DNA of 64,000 nt from Zancudomyces culisetae HAW-14-8 (Eukaryota; Fungi; Kickxellomycota). Positions 27,026-37,296 of the stretch are shown in pieces. How positions within the stretch are numbered: position 1 is the stretch's first letter; each line of letters starts with the position of its first letter. The stretch covers positions 682,001 to 746,000 of the forward strand of contig JBNJNM010000023.1 of assembly GCA_052426225.1 (NCBI GenBank), in the 5' to 3' direction. The notes under the pieces were generated by a model that was not told where the DNA came from, made no database searches, and saw only the letters and a list, made by a program, of their open reading frames with translations. A program made the position numbers and the translations under genes.

Positions 27026-29578
27026 ATGGATATAGGTAAGAACAAAAAAGTGTTGTGTGCTAATCTAGTTCTCAGATTACTTTATAGTTTTAATATGTAA
27101 TAAAGTGGAAAAAGTAAAAGTTTTAAATTAATGATGATGGGGGGGGGGTGTATAAAATAAATAGAAGTCGATCAGTTTGGCCGTGATATCAAGAGAAGAG
27201 GTGACTATAACGGCGGAGGAGATAATAACAACAGCAACAACAACAAAAGTAACAACTACAACTATAACAGGAACAATAATAATGGTGGTAACTATAAACG
27301 GGCCAGGAGGTATGATGGAGAACGGACAACACATAGGGGAGGCGAAGATAACAGCAACAGCAGCAAGGAAGACAAGCTTCGTCAACGGATCAAACAGCTG
27401 GGAGATACGGAAAGCAGCCGGCGTACCAACAGTATTGAGGCACTGAGCGAGGTGGTAATTAAGGAGTACAGCGATAATTCCGAAGGCACACTCGTACGGG
27501 ATATCCAACAGGCAGCGATCGAGTTTCCATGGAAGAGTTATGTATATAGCACGTTGGTTGGGTATGTATATGGCAAAAACCCAACAGTGGGGCGAGAGTT
27601 GGTCCAAGGGATCTACGAGATGTTGGTTAAGGCAGTAGGCGCAGGCCGTTGGCGACAAGTCAAAACAGTGATGCGCGTACTGGCAGGATTGGTGAGTACG
27701 GGCAGTGTGGCACGAGACTGGTATATTGAACAGCTGGGAGCGTTCCTCTCACAAGCGACAAAACCAAGTGCACACAGCAGCATGTTTGTATGGCTGGTGA
27801 GTCATATACTACTGGAAAATGCAAACAAATTGGGCGTGGCGGCTGCAGCTGCAGCTGCGGCGGGAGAGGGGGAAGGTGCGAATGAGGCAGTGGGAGATTC
27901 ACGGATTGACGAACTGGTGCAGCGGATGGTAGAGTATCGAGATGCGCTCGGGGATGTAAACGAGCTGGCAGCCGCTGTTGTCCAGGCAGTCCAGGCTATG
28001 CAATCCGGCTGGAAACAAGAGTGGAAGACTGAAGTATTGGCCAACCATGGAGCAGCAGCAGTGGCGCAGGAGTATGCGACAGCCGAACAACTGTCGTTTG
28101 AAGTGGTTGTTCCTCAGCACGATCAGAGTTCGGCTAGCAAGGATGTGGTCCAGCTGTATTGTCCAGCAGCCGACGTCACTATTTTTGACATTCCAGCCGA
28201 ACACGAGACTCAATGGACAATTCTATGCGAAGTCATTTCCGACAGTTTGGAGCCTCTCAGCGTCAACCGCAAGGAGGCCAGCGTCTACCTGACCCAAGTC
28301 ATAGCCAATGCCGTCGAGCTGTCTGACACTGAAGTCCAGCCACAAATCGACCGAGCCATAATTACTGCGCTGTTTTCGCGGCTGTTTGACCATACGTATC
28401 CCACAACCTGTGCGCAACCACCCGTGTTTGTCAGCGCACTAGTAGTCTCGCTTACCAAACGCGATCCCGACACGTATGCGCAACTGGTTGATGCTGCCTT
28501 TGCCGCCACTCTCAATGCTTCCACTTTTCGTTTGTTGGCTGATGTCCACTGTATCTATGTCAGCAACTTTGAATTCAAATCCAACTATGACCAATTGAAC
28601 GATCCGCGGTTTATACGTTTGACTTTGGCCAAACAATTGAGACTTAGTTATTATGAACACATTGCTGGTGTTCTCAGCTCTTCTTCTTCTCTTTCTCAAT
28701 CTCTTTTGCCTCCTAAACCTGTTCCCAAATTCAAGTTCACTGTTGATGCTATGGATGCTCAAACTAAAGCCATTTCTGTAGAACTCGGCAAAAACTTTAA
28801 GGCCAAAATTGCTGCCGACCAAGCTGCCTCCTTACTCGACTCGCTTTACCCCGATTCTTCTGACTCTGCTGTCCTCGCCAACAAACGTGAAATGCTATTC
28901 AACCATCTCCTGCTTCTTGGTTCAAAGGGAATCTGCAGTCTGCTAAATACTCTCGACAAGTACTTGTCTCTCATCAAGCATATTTATTCCCAGTCTCTGT
29001 CTGTCGATGGTTCTCTCGACCTTGCTAAACAGTCCTTGCTTGCCTGTGCCGTTTCCTTTTGGCGCCTTCATCCTCAAATGCTGCTTATTGTCCTCGACAA
29101 GTTTGTCAATTTCCAACTACTCGATCCTGCCTTTGCCCTTTCTGCCATCATTGACCTGTTCAATTCCCTGTCCTCCAACCAAGACTATGATGCTGTCTTG
29201 TCTGTTGAGTTTATTACCCAATTTCTTACTCTTCTCATTTCCAAAATCTCTCTGCGAATTGATATTGTCTCCTCCAATTCCCCCGACGACCCCCAACTTT
29301 CTATTCTCCAAAACGATCTTTTGGCCATCATCACCCGCAGCTTGGAGTTTTATCTTGTTCTTTTTTCCTCGGCTCAATCCGACCAATCCGCCGACATCCC
29401 CGCCTATTACCTCCCGTTCCTACTAGACAATGCCCAAATTGTTGTACCTTCTGCTGACCTCCTAAAGTCCTCTTCGTTTGTCCCTCTTCAATCCAAAGCT
29501 GCCGATTTGAACCTTGACCCTACAAAGCTGGCGTCTTTATCTGAATCCTTTGACCTTGTTGTCAAGTATTTTTCTTGA
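27026..29578 (+). CDS. NCBP1: Nuclear cap-binding complex large subunit (CBP80/Sto1), about 807 aa; predicted micro-exon 27026-27035 plus exon 27165-29578
   Basis: MIF4G-type motifs PWKSYVYSTLVG, SNFEFK, LRLSYYEHI, LLGSKG...LDKY and FWRLHPQMLLIVLDK align by eye with CBP80. ATGGATATAG|gtaag...aatag|AA restores an N-terminus with basic KRR/KRARR NLS-like clusters. Confidence 0.85.
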
Positions 29579-30779
29579 GTCTAGAGTCTAGAGTCTTCAT
29601 TCTGATTCTGATTCTGATTGTGTGTTTTTTTTTCTTTGTTTTTTTTTCCCCTCCTTCCCAATAAACACTTTTCTGATTAGAAATGTATTTCTTGATGTAT
29701 TTCAATTTATTTATTTCTGAATATATTCTTATTTGATATATTCATCCATTATAGTATGAATTTAATGACTTGGAGAAAATATCTATTATATGATTGCAAC
29801 TCAAAAATGGTGTATTTAGATATATCAACATAAAATTAAAAATGAAATGCTTTGTAGAGCCGTAGTGATTATAATTAACCACATTTGTTTTATTTGTTAA
29901 TTTATTTAGTATTTAAGGCTGTACTTCAAACATTTACAAAAACATGTCTGATATCAAAATATCCAAATACTTGGGATTATTTACTAGGTTGACAAGGTTC
30001 AATTTATTATTAGCTATTTATTTACTTTTGAATTCCATATTACTAGACTCTAGTACTCTATATTGTATCTTGCAACAACATATTTTTTTTTACACCTTTT
30101 TCACTCTACTATAATTACATTCCCAAAGTAATACCAAATATACAATATATTCGCTATAATTCCTCTAATCGTACTATTTTTGCATTAATATATCAATATA
30201 TATTCACAACTACAAAACAATATAGAAATAGCAAACATTTCTAGTCCAAAAAAAAAAACTAGATGAATAACTCCTACCCTCCCTACAACTCCCTGTTTGA
30301 AGTACATAGAAATAATAAATTCTAACAAAAAAAAGAAACAATAATACACTGTTTTCAATTACCCAATAATCCACTTTATAATTCTGTAGTATATTAATGC
30401 AAGCAGTGTAGTTTTAACCCCCCCCCCCCCACCCCCGAAAATGTTATTGTATTTTTTTTTACTTTTTTTTTTTCAACAATACGTAAAAATGATCCACAAC
30501 TTATTAAAACTCCAAACTTTGCAAGTTATGTAATCTGGAAACGGATCACTCGTATTTCTTTTGTATAGCCATAGTTGTATTGTTTAATATCTGCTTTTAC
30601 CCTTGGTATATAATAATTATCAGTATTTTATAATATCCACTATTTTGTATGAATAACGTAAAAAAAAAATCTATTCAATAAACAAGTCTCGACATTATTT
30701 TTTTCCCCCCCACATTTCATACTACACTACGTTACAATCTATATATTAATTAGTAACCGGAATGACTTTTAAAGTAACC

Positions 30780-31205
30780 TATATTATGATTTTTTTAAAA
30801 AATTACTCGTCTGATATTATTAATCGACAAATGGCAATATCTAATTTTATATACAACTGGATATGTTCAACTATACCCATGTCTATTGATCATAAAACTA
30901 GTTGTTTTATGCCGTATTAATACTTTAAACTACTTTTAATATTTCAATAAAAATTACAAGTATTATAGATTCGCATCATGAAGATTTAATTACGTTATGA
31001 TAAATATCTATGCATAAAAAAAATAGATCATCTTATCAATATTCAACTCTGCTGGTAAATACTGTAATTACTAGTTCAGATATCCAAAATTTATATAAAT
31101 ATATGTTTATACACTAAATTATAAAATTTAACGATTGGAAAGCTGTACTAGATAAAATCAAAAGCCTGTTAATTAGCAAATGAGAACTTTATAGTGGTAT
31201 TATAT
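30780..31205 (-). mobile_element. Highly degenerate solo LTR of family D (bounds approximate)
   Basis: gatcataaaactagttgttttatgccgta and gttcagatatcc align with element D LTR ggatcacttaactagttctgtttgccgta and gttcagatattc. Confidence 0.6.
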
Positions 31206-31219
31206 GAAATTCAAAGAAT

Positions 31220-32099
31220 AGTAATAATTAGTAAATGTTATTATTAATCTGATGTATTGTTCAACTAATATAATGGCCGAGTTTGGTATATCACTGATTA
31301 TTTAAGTTATACTCATAATTCGGATCACTAAACTAGTTCTTTTTGCCGAATACTAATGTTTAAACTGCTTTTATTATTTTTATTATTATTATAATAATAT
31401 TGAACACAAGTATACGTTATTAATTATTAACTACTAGGTATATTTAATATAAATTTATGTATACGGAAAGCATATTCCACGAAGAAATAACTAAAAAGGT
31501 GTTTTATTTGCTTTTCCACACTCGTAGTATTAGATTAGCCATTCACTTTACAATCGTTATTCGTTTTTTTTATTGATATTGTAGTATAACGGCTAGATAC
31601 TTTTAGCAGGCAAATCAATAGCGATTCCTGAGTGGAACAGAAACACCAATGAGAGAAAACACAATCAATGTTAAAAACGATCTGTGACAGAAAAGTGAAT
31701 AGCAAAGCAAATAAAACTAGACGTGACAACCAAAAGAAACATCTTTAGCCTTTCTTAACGGAATATGCCTTACATGTGCGTTTATACATACTTTTTAATT
31801 GCAACTAGTACTTGATACAAATATAGTTTACTTTAATTTATTATTATTATAACAAAAATAAAAGGTTATTAAAAGCATTCTTATTATGGCAATCAGAACT
31901 AGTGAGGTGATCCAAGACCTGAGTATAATTTACAAAATATGCGCTATGACAAACCAGCCATCATATTGGCTCAAAAGTATAACAGATTAGTAATAACTTA
32001 TACTATATTTTACTTTATCACTTGCTCTCATAGGTAATTTTAATTTACTAAAGAAACACATTTGATTTGTTAGCAAAAAAATGTAAGAGATAATAAACA
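31220..32099 (-). mobile_element. Degenerate solo LTR of family D, split by a younger inverted copy (pieces 31220-31579 and ~32019-32099)
   Basis: Both pieces align colinearly with the two ends of the element D LTR (atggccgagtttggtatatcactgatt...; ...gatttgttagcaaaaaaatgta). Confidence 0.75.
31580..32014 (+). mobile_element. Solo LTR of family D in inverted orientation (~435 bp)
   Basis: The reverse complement aligns end to end with LTR 52983-53425. Flanks ATAT/TTAT are a degraded 4-bp TSD. Confidence 0.85.
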
Positions 32100-32121
32100 A
32101 TATGTAATATAATTCAAAAAT

Positions 32122-32128
32122 AAAAAAA
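32122..32128 (-). terminator. RNA Pol III terminator (T7) of tRNA-Val
   Basis: Run of seven T on the minus strand, 3 nt after the discriminator base. Confidence 0.75.
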
Positions 32129-32131
32129 GCA

Positions 32132-32204
32132 TAGAGCTATTGGGGATCGAACCCAAGACCTTCTGCGTGTAAAGCAGACGTGATAGCCACTACACCATAG
32201 CTCT
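32132..32204 (-). tRNA. tRNA-Val (anticodon TAC)
   Basis: Cloverleaf with acceptor AGAGCTA/TAGCTCT, anticodon arm TCTGC-TT-TAC-AC-GCAGA, GGTTCGATCC B box and A73. Confidence 0.95.
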
Positions 32205-32590
32205 TGTGTCATGTGTCGTATAATAAAGAAATTTTATTTATACCTAATGTAAAAACAATATAATTTGTAACTCTAAGTAAGTATTATCCTTGATAACTAA
32301 TACCACTTAAAGATTAACTTGTACTGATATATTGAGTGATTAGAATCTAATATTTATTAATGTGAACCACAAAATCTGATAGATAAAACTCTCACAAAAA
32401 CTCTACCAAACCTTAAATAAAAACTAATTACGATTAAAGGGATTCAATTTTCATTGTTTTTCCTTTACGTAATTTTAGCCAATAAAACCTATCTAAAATA
32501 ACTTTATAAAATTGAACTAAAAAATATACTAAAATAAACAAAACTAAACTAAAACATAGTACTATTGTACTATACGACAGCACTCCCCCT

Positions 32591-35500
32591 TTAGGCGATA
32601 ATGCCCTCATTATTTTGAGCCTGTTTAAAGGTAAGTAACTTAGGTCGAAGTCGATTTGAAATTTCGGGAATCATAAATTTAGATTCATGGTACTTCTTTA
32701 GCAAGTCTCCGTTGACTAAATCTCTATTTCCGAACTGATCTGAGATTAAGTAAGCCCCCTTAGTAAACCTTTTCATAACTGTATATGGGCCTTCCCATAA
32801 ACTTTCAAGCTTTCCTCTTTCATACTCTACTAACTTTAACACTTTTTCTCCAACTTGAAATTTTGTAAATTTAACGGTTTTATTATATCTTACTTTTTCA
32901 GATTCTTTTGCTGCTACAGCTTTGCGAACCCCGATTTTTCTTATTTGCGGTAAGTTACTCTTCATTAGCTCCAATCTACTTTTAACTTGTTCAACTTCAT
33001 CTTCAATTACACCATTAGATTTCCAAGTCGAGGGAATGCACATTTCGGTTCCGTACATCATCTCGGCGGGTGTATAACCAGTACTCTTGCTCTCCATAGT
33101 TCTCATGATGAGTAACACCTTCCACAGGTAACGATCCCAATTATTTTTGTCTTTCCTACATATCTTCTGTAACAAATTTACTAACGTCTTGTTCAATCTT
33201 TCACACTGTCCGTTGCTCTGCGGACGGTATGAAGTGGTAGGACTGTGGTCCAGCTGTAACCAGTTGAATACCTCGGTAGTAACGTTGCTGACAAAGCTCG
33301 AACCCCTATCTGTTATTATCTTCTGTGGTACACCGTAGTAAGTAACGATATTGTTTATTATAAAGTCTACTATAGTTTCACTTAACAAGTTGTCTACGGG
33401 AATGGCTATCGGCCATTTCGTGCAATAATCTATAGCTGTTAGAATATAACGATTTCCTGACTCTGAAATAGGATTGATAGGACCGATAGCGTCCATACCG
33501 AATATTTCGAACGGCTTGACTGCATGCACTGGTACCAACGGGTGTTTACGACTTCTTCCATCCTTGAAAACTTGACAAACATGACACCGCTTAACATAGT
33601 CCACTACCTGCTTGTACAATCCTTTAGCATAATGATTTCTGCTTACTCTTACCCAAGTGTTTTCGATACCCTCGTGTGTATCGTCGTGAACCTTCTTGAT
33701 CATATCTATACTCTCTTCAGCCGTCAAAACTTCTTTTAATTGTCCCTTAACCCACCTGTATATTTTGCCATCCACCTGCTTGTATGACTTAGATTTTTTC
33801 TTTATTTTTTCAGCTAACTCTTCTGAAACGTCTTGTGGCAGTGTTCCATCTAATAAAAATTGCCTAACTAAATTTTCTTCGTTTACCCAAATGTTGTAGA
33901 CTTCAATTGATTCTTCCTCAGTTGTTTCTATCAGACTACTTCGAGATAAATGGTCAGCAGGATTGACCTTCCCTGGTATATGCTCTATATCGAATTCGTA
34001 ACTTCTAAGAAACATAGCCCATCTAGCTAGCCTTCCACTTAATTCTTCGCCGTTAAACATATTTAATAATGCTTTATGATCGGTTTTTATTACAAACTTC
34101 CTACCATATAAATAAAACTTAAACTTTTTAACGGCCCAGACAACCGCCAACCCCTCCAAGTGACTGATCGAATAATTTTTCTCTGCATTACTGGTTGTTC
34201 TACTTGCATACTCCACTGGTCTTTCTTTTCCTTCAATAACTTGTGATAGTATTGCTCCAACTCCACTAACTGCAGCGTCCGTCGTAACCACAAAAGAATA
34301 ATCCCAATTTGGGTGCGCAAGCACTGGGGCTTCCGTCATCGCTTTTTTCAACTCTAAAAATGCTTCTTCTTGAGATTTTCCCCAGTTCCACTTTATTCCT
34401 TTCTTTAATAACGCAGTTAGTGGGTTAGCTATTATAGCATATTTTTCAATAAACTTACGATAATAACCTGTCATCCCCAAAAATGACTGAACTTCTTTTA
34501 TGCATGTCGGTGACTTTAACTTTGAAATGGCTTCAATTTTTGTTGAACTAGTTGCAATACCTTCACCCGAAATAACATGACCCAAATAATCAATTTCTGT
34601 TAACCCTATATTGCATTTATCTTTATGCAACTGTATCTGGCCTTGTTTTAATAATTCTAAAACTTCCTTAAGATCTTCTACATGACTGCTTGCACTTTTT
34701 GAAAAGACGATTATGTCGTCAACAAAAACAACTGCCTTCTTCCATAGAACTTTTTTCAACACAGTTTCCATTGTTCTTTGGAAAGTGGAAGGGCTATTTG
34801 TCAAACCGAAAGGCATGACGTTATAGTGGTAACTCCCCCCTCCCGGCAACGCGAATGACGTCTTTTCTCGGTCTTCTTCTGACATTTTTATTTGCCAAAA
34901 GCCGCTGAGTGCATCTAAAGTAGTAAAGATGCACGCACCAGCCAAGGCCATAAACAAATCCTGAATAATCGGTAGTGGGTATGAATCTTTGACTGTAACT
35001 GCGTTTAACTTCCTATAATCTGCGCAGATGCGCAGTTTACCGTTTTTCTTCTGGACAACCACCACCGGCGAGCACCACTCGGAGTTACTAGGTGCAATTA
35101 CATTTTGCTCTAACATCCTATCTATTTCTTTTCCTACTTCTTCTTGTAGACGAAACGGTATCCTGTACGGTCTTTGCTTAATTGGCCTGTTATCCGTGAG
35201 TACTATCCTGTGCTCGGCTACATTTGTTTGCTTTAACTTGTCGATATCATCTACAAATAATTCGTTATAGTCCTGGATCAAGGCCTCTAAACCTGCTACA
35301 CCATCACCTTGGATTCCTGTTGGTGATTCCGTGAAAAAATATAAATCCCAGGTTTCCTCTACAGTATGTGCTTCTTTGGTAGTAACTAGTGGTGTTACCA
35401 CTTCTGCTCTATCCACAGGTAATCTTAGTTCTGGCACTGCTAGATTTAGACTGGCTTTATGTTTTAAAAGCCAATCCATACCTAATATTATTGTTGGTGA

Positions 35501-36886
35501 CATATTTCCCAACACCACCAATGATGCTACGAACTCAATTTTACTAATCATAATTGGTACACCTGACACCACACCTAGAGTTTCATGACGTTTCCCGTCC
35601 GCTGTTATAATAACGTGCGAACTCTTCATGTTAGGCTCCAAACCAATCTTGTTCAAAGCACCTGTAGTAATCACAGAGCATGCCGCCCCTGTGTCTACCA
35701 CCGCTTTCCACTGTAACTGGTAAATCTCAACCGTCATACTACAGTTTGTAGTAGCTTTTTCCTGGATTCTTATCTCGTTTAGGGCGGTCTGCGGTGAAAC
35801 TTCAACTATGTTTTTCCAATCCTGTGCAATTTTTTCCGAATTTTGAAGTAATTGAATCATGCTAATTTTTGGATAGACTTTCTCCAACTCTTCCCTCAAA
35901 TTGAACTTTTTCACTCTATCAATCGTTCCTGACTCCGGTTGGGTGACTCTCTCCGCCCGAAGCTCCTGTGCGTCCATGTCTCCCGTATTTCTAATCTTAG
36001 CTGGTCTTCCAACTCGACCAGCCGCATCCGTTGCTTTTCTTTTTTCTACCATAAGTACTTCGTCTACTTCAGTAGGTTCAGTACCTATGGATAAAAAATT
36101 GACTTTCTTTTCCTCGTGCTCCTTTTGAAACCGTGGACATTCAAACTTCCGGTGACCTTTCTCATGACAATAATAACACTCCCATGTGCTTGCACGTTCC
36201 ACCTTTGCTTGACTTCCCCACTTTTTAGTTGAAGCAACCGTTTGATCTAACTTTTCCAAGAGGCTGACACTAAGCTCTTGAAAGGTTTTGAGAAACTCTC
36301 CAAACTGCCCAGCTTCCGTAGTCAATTCTTTTACCGACTTGCCTGACCGGGTAGCAGCGTTCTTAGTAGTTGGCTTACTACTCTTAATTGCTGCCTGTAT
36401 ATCCCTCCTACAATTTGTACTTTGTTCCAACTTAGCCACTAACTTAAGTACCGCTTCTCTATCTAAACCTTCCTTATCTGAAAGTCTTTCCCTAATATCA
36501 TCTGAGAACGTACTAACCAGTGAACCAAGTTTAGTCACCTCTTCCTTGATTCCTACTTGTTTCCATAACTTTTCCAATTCCATTTCTAGCTCCTCCAGAC
36601 TTTCAAACTCTGCTCGTTTGATTGTTCCAAGTCTGGTCCATGCTCCACTAGTAGAAAACACTGTACTATATTTCTTTTTGAACTCCTTAGTATATATTTC
36701 CCACGACGTGAAACTATTCTTGTTCCTCTTATACCAGATTGTTTCAGACTTGCCTAGCCACAACTTAACTAACCCGACCCAATCCTCAGGGTCCCACTTG
36801 TTAATCTTCGCAATTAGTTGAAAGTCCTCAAGCCAGTCCTCGGCGTTTATTCCTTTCCCACTTTCGAATATAGTGACTTTGTCCAT
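32591..36886 (-). CDS. Single-ORF Gag-Pol of element A (Gag CCHC, PR, RT, RNase H, IN)
   Basis: CYYCHEKGHRKFEC knuckle, DTGA protease, FVDD RT, TDA RNase H, HHCC plus D,D35E integrase, GPY motif; gypsy domain order. Confidence 0.97.
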   Translation of the reverse strand: MDKVTIFESGKGINAEDWLEDFQLIAKINKWDPEDWVGLVKLWLGKSETIWYKRNKNSFTSWEIYTKEFKKKYSTVFSTSGAWTRLGTIKRAEFESLEELEMELEKLWKQVGIKEEVTKLGSLVSTFSDDIRERLSDKEGLDREAVLKLVAKLEQSTNCRRDIQAAIKSSKPTTKNAATRSGKSVKELTTEAGQFGEFLKTFQELSVSLLEKLDQTVASTKKWGSQAKVERASTWECYYCHEKGHRKFECPRFQKEHEEKKVNFLSIGTEPTEVDEVLMVEKRKATDAAGRVGRPAKIRNTGDMDAQELRAERVTQPESGTIDRVKKFNLREELEKVYPKISMIQLLQNSEKIAQDWKNIVEVSPQTALNEIRIQEKATTNCSMTVEIYQLQWKAVVDTGAACSVITTGALNKIGLEPNMKSSHVIITADGKRHETLGVVSGVPIMISKIEFVASLVVLGNMSPTIILGMDWLLKHKASLNLAVPELRLPVDRAEVVTPLVTTKEAHTVEETWDLYFFTESPTGIQGDGVAGLEALIQDYNELFVDDIDKLKQTNVAEHRIVLTDNRPIKQRPYRIPFRLQEEVGKEIDRMLEQNVIAPSNSEWCSPVVVVQKKNGKLRICADYRKLNAVTVKDSYPLPIIQDLFMALAGACIFTTLDALSGFWQIKMSEEDREKTSFALPGGGSYHYNVMPFGLTNSPSTFQRTMETVLKKVLWKKAVVFVDDIIVFSKSASSHVEDLKEVLELLKQGQIQLHKDKCNIGLTEIDYLGHVISGEGIATSSTKIEAISKLKSPTCIKEVQSFLGMTGYYRKFIEKYAIIANPLTALLKKGIKWNWGKSQEEAFLELKKAMTEAPVLAHPNWDYSFVVTTDAAVSGVGAILSQVIEGKERPVEYASRTTSNAEKNYSISHLEGLAVVWAVKKFKFYLYGRKFVIKTDHKALLNMFNGEELSGRLARWAMFLRSYEFDIEHIPGKVNPADHLSRSSLIETTEEESIEVYNIWVNEENLVRQFLLDGTLPQDVSEELAEKIKKKSKSYKQVDGKIYRWVKGQLKEVLTAEESIDMIKKVHDDTHEGIENTWVRVSRNHYAKGLYKQVVDYVKRCHVCQVFKDGRSRKHPLVPVHAVKPFEIFGMDAIGPINPISESGNRYILTAIDYCTKWPIAIPVDNLLSETIVDFIINNIVTYYGVPQKIITDRGSSFVSNVTTEVFNWLQLDHSPTTSYRPQSNGQCERLNKTLVNLLQKICRKDKNNWDRYLWKVLLIMRTMESKSTGYTPAEMMYGTEMCIPSTWKSNGVIEDEVEQVKSRLELMKSNLPQIRKIGVRKAVAAKESEKVRYNKTVKFTKFQVGEKVLKLVEYERGKLESLWEGPYTVMKRFTKGAYLISDQFGNRDLVNGDLLKKYHESKFMIPEISNRLRPKLLTFKQAQNNEGIIA

Positions 36887-36907
36887 GATTCAATTAGTAT
36901 CGATGTA

Positions 36908-36927
36908 GATTCCGACAGAAGGCACCA
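36908..36927 (-). other. Primer-binding site of element A, complementary to tRNA-Thr(AGT)
   Basis: TGG+TGCCTTCTGTCGGAATC is the complement of CCA plus the last 17 nt of the tRNA gene at 59056-59128. Confidence 0.95.
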
Positions 36928-37296
36928 CTGTCGTATAATAAAGAAATTTTATTTATACCTAATGTAAAAACAATATAATTTGTAACTCTAAGTAAGTATT
37001 ATCCTTGATAACTAATACCACTTAAAGATTAACTTGTACTGATATATTGAGTGATTAGAATCTAATATTTATTAATGTGAACCACAAAATCTGATAGATA
37101 AAACTCTCACAAAAACTCTACCAAACCTTAAATAAAAACTAATTACGATTAAAGGGATTCAATTTTCATTGTTTTTCCTTTACGTAATTTTAGCCAATAA
37201 AACCTATCTAAAATAACTTTATAAAATTGAACTAAAAAATATACTAAAATAAACAAAACTAAACTAAAACATAGTACTATTGTACTATACGACACA

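Larger units (their letters stand above)
32214..37294 (-). mobile_element. Full-length intact Ty3/gypsy LTR retrotransposon, element A; LTRs 32214-32579 and 36929-37294; TSD CATG
   Basis: The 366-bp LTRs appear identical, with TGTCGTATA...TATACGACA termini. PPT AAGGGGGAG and PBS are present. CATG lies at 32210-32213 and 37295-37298. Confidence 0.97.

Noticed and set aside
32235-32242. LTR ends donate a replacement TATA box to the tRNA gene
   Set aside because: TATA-like words occur in the A and B ends but not in X or E, and may simply be poly(A) signals or AT-rich background.
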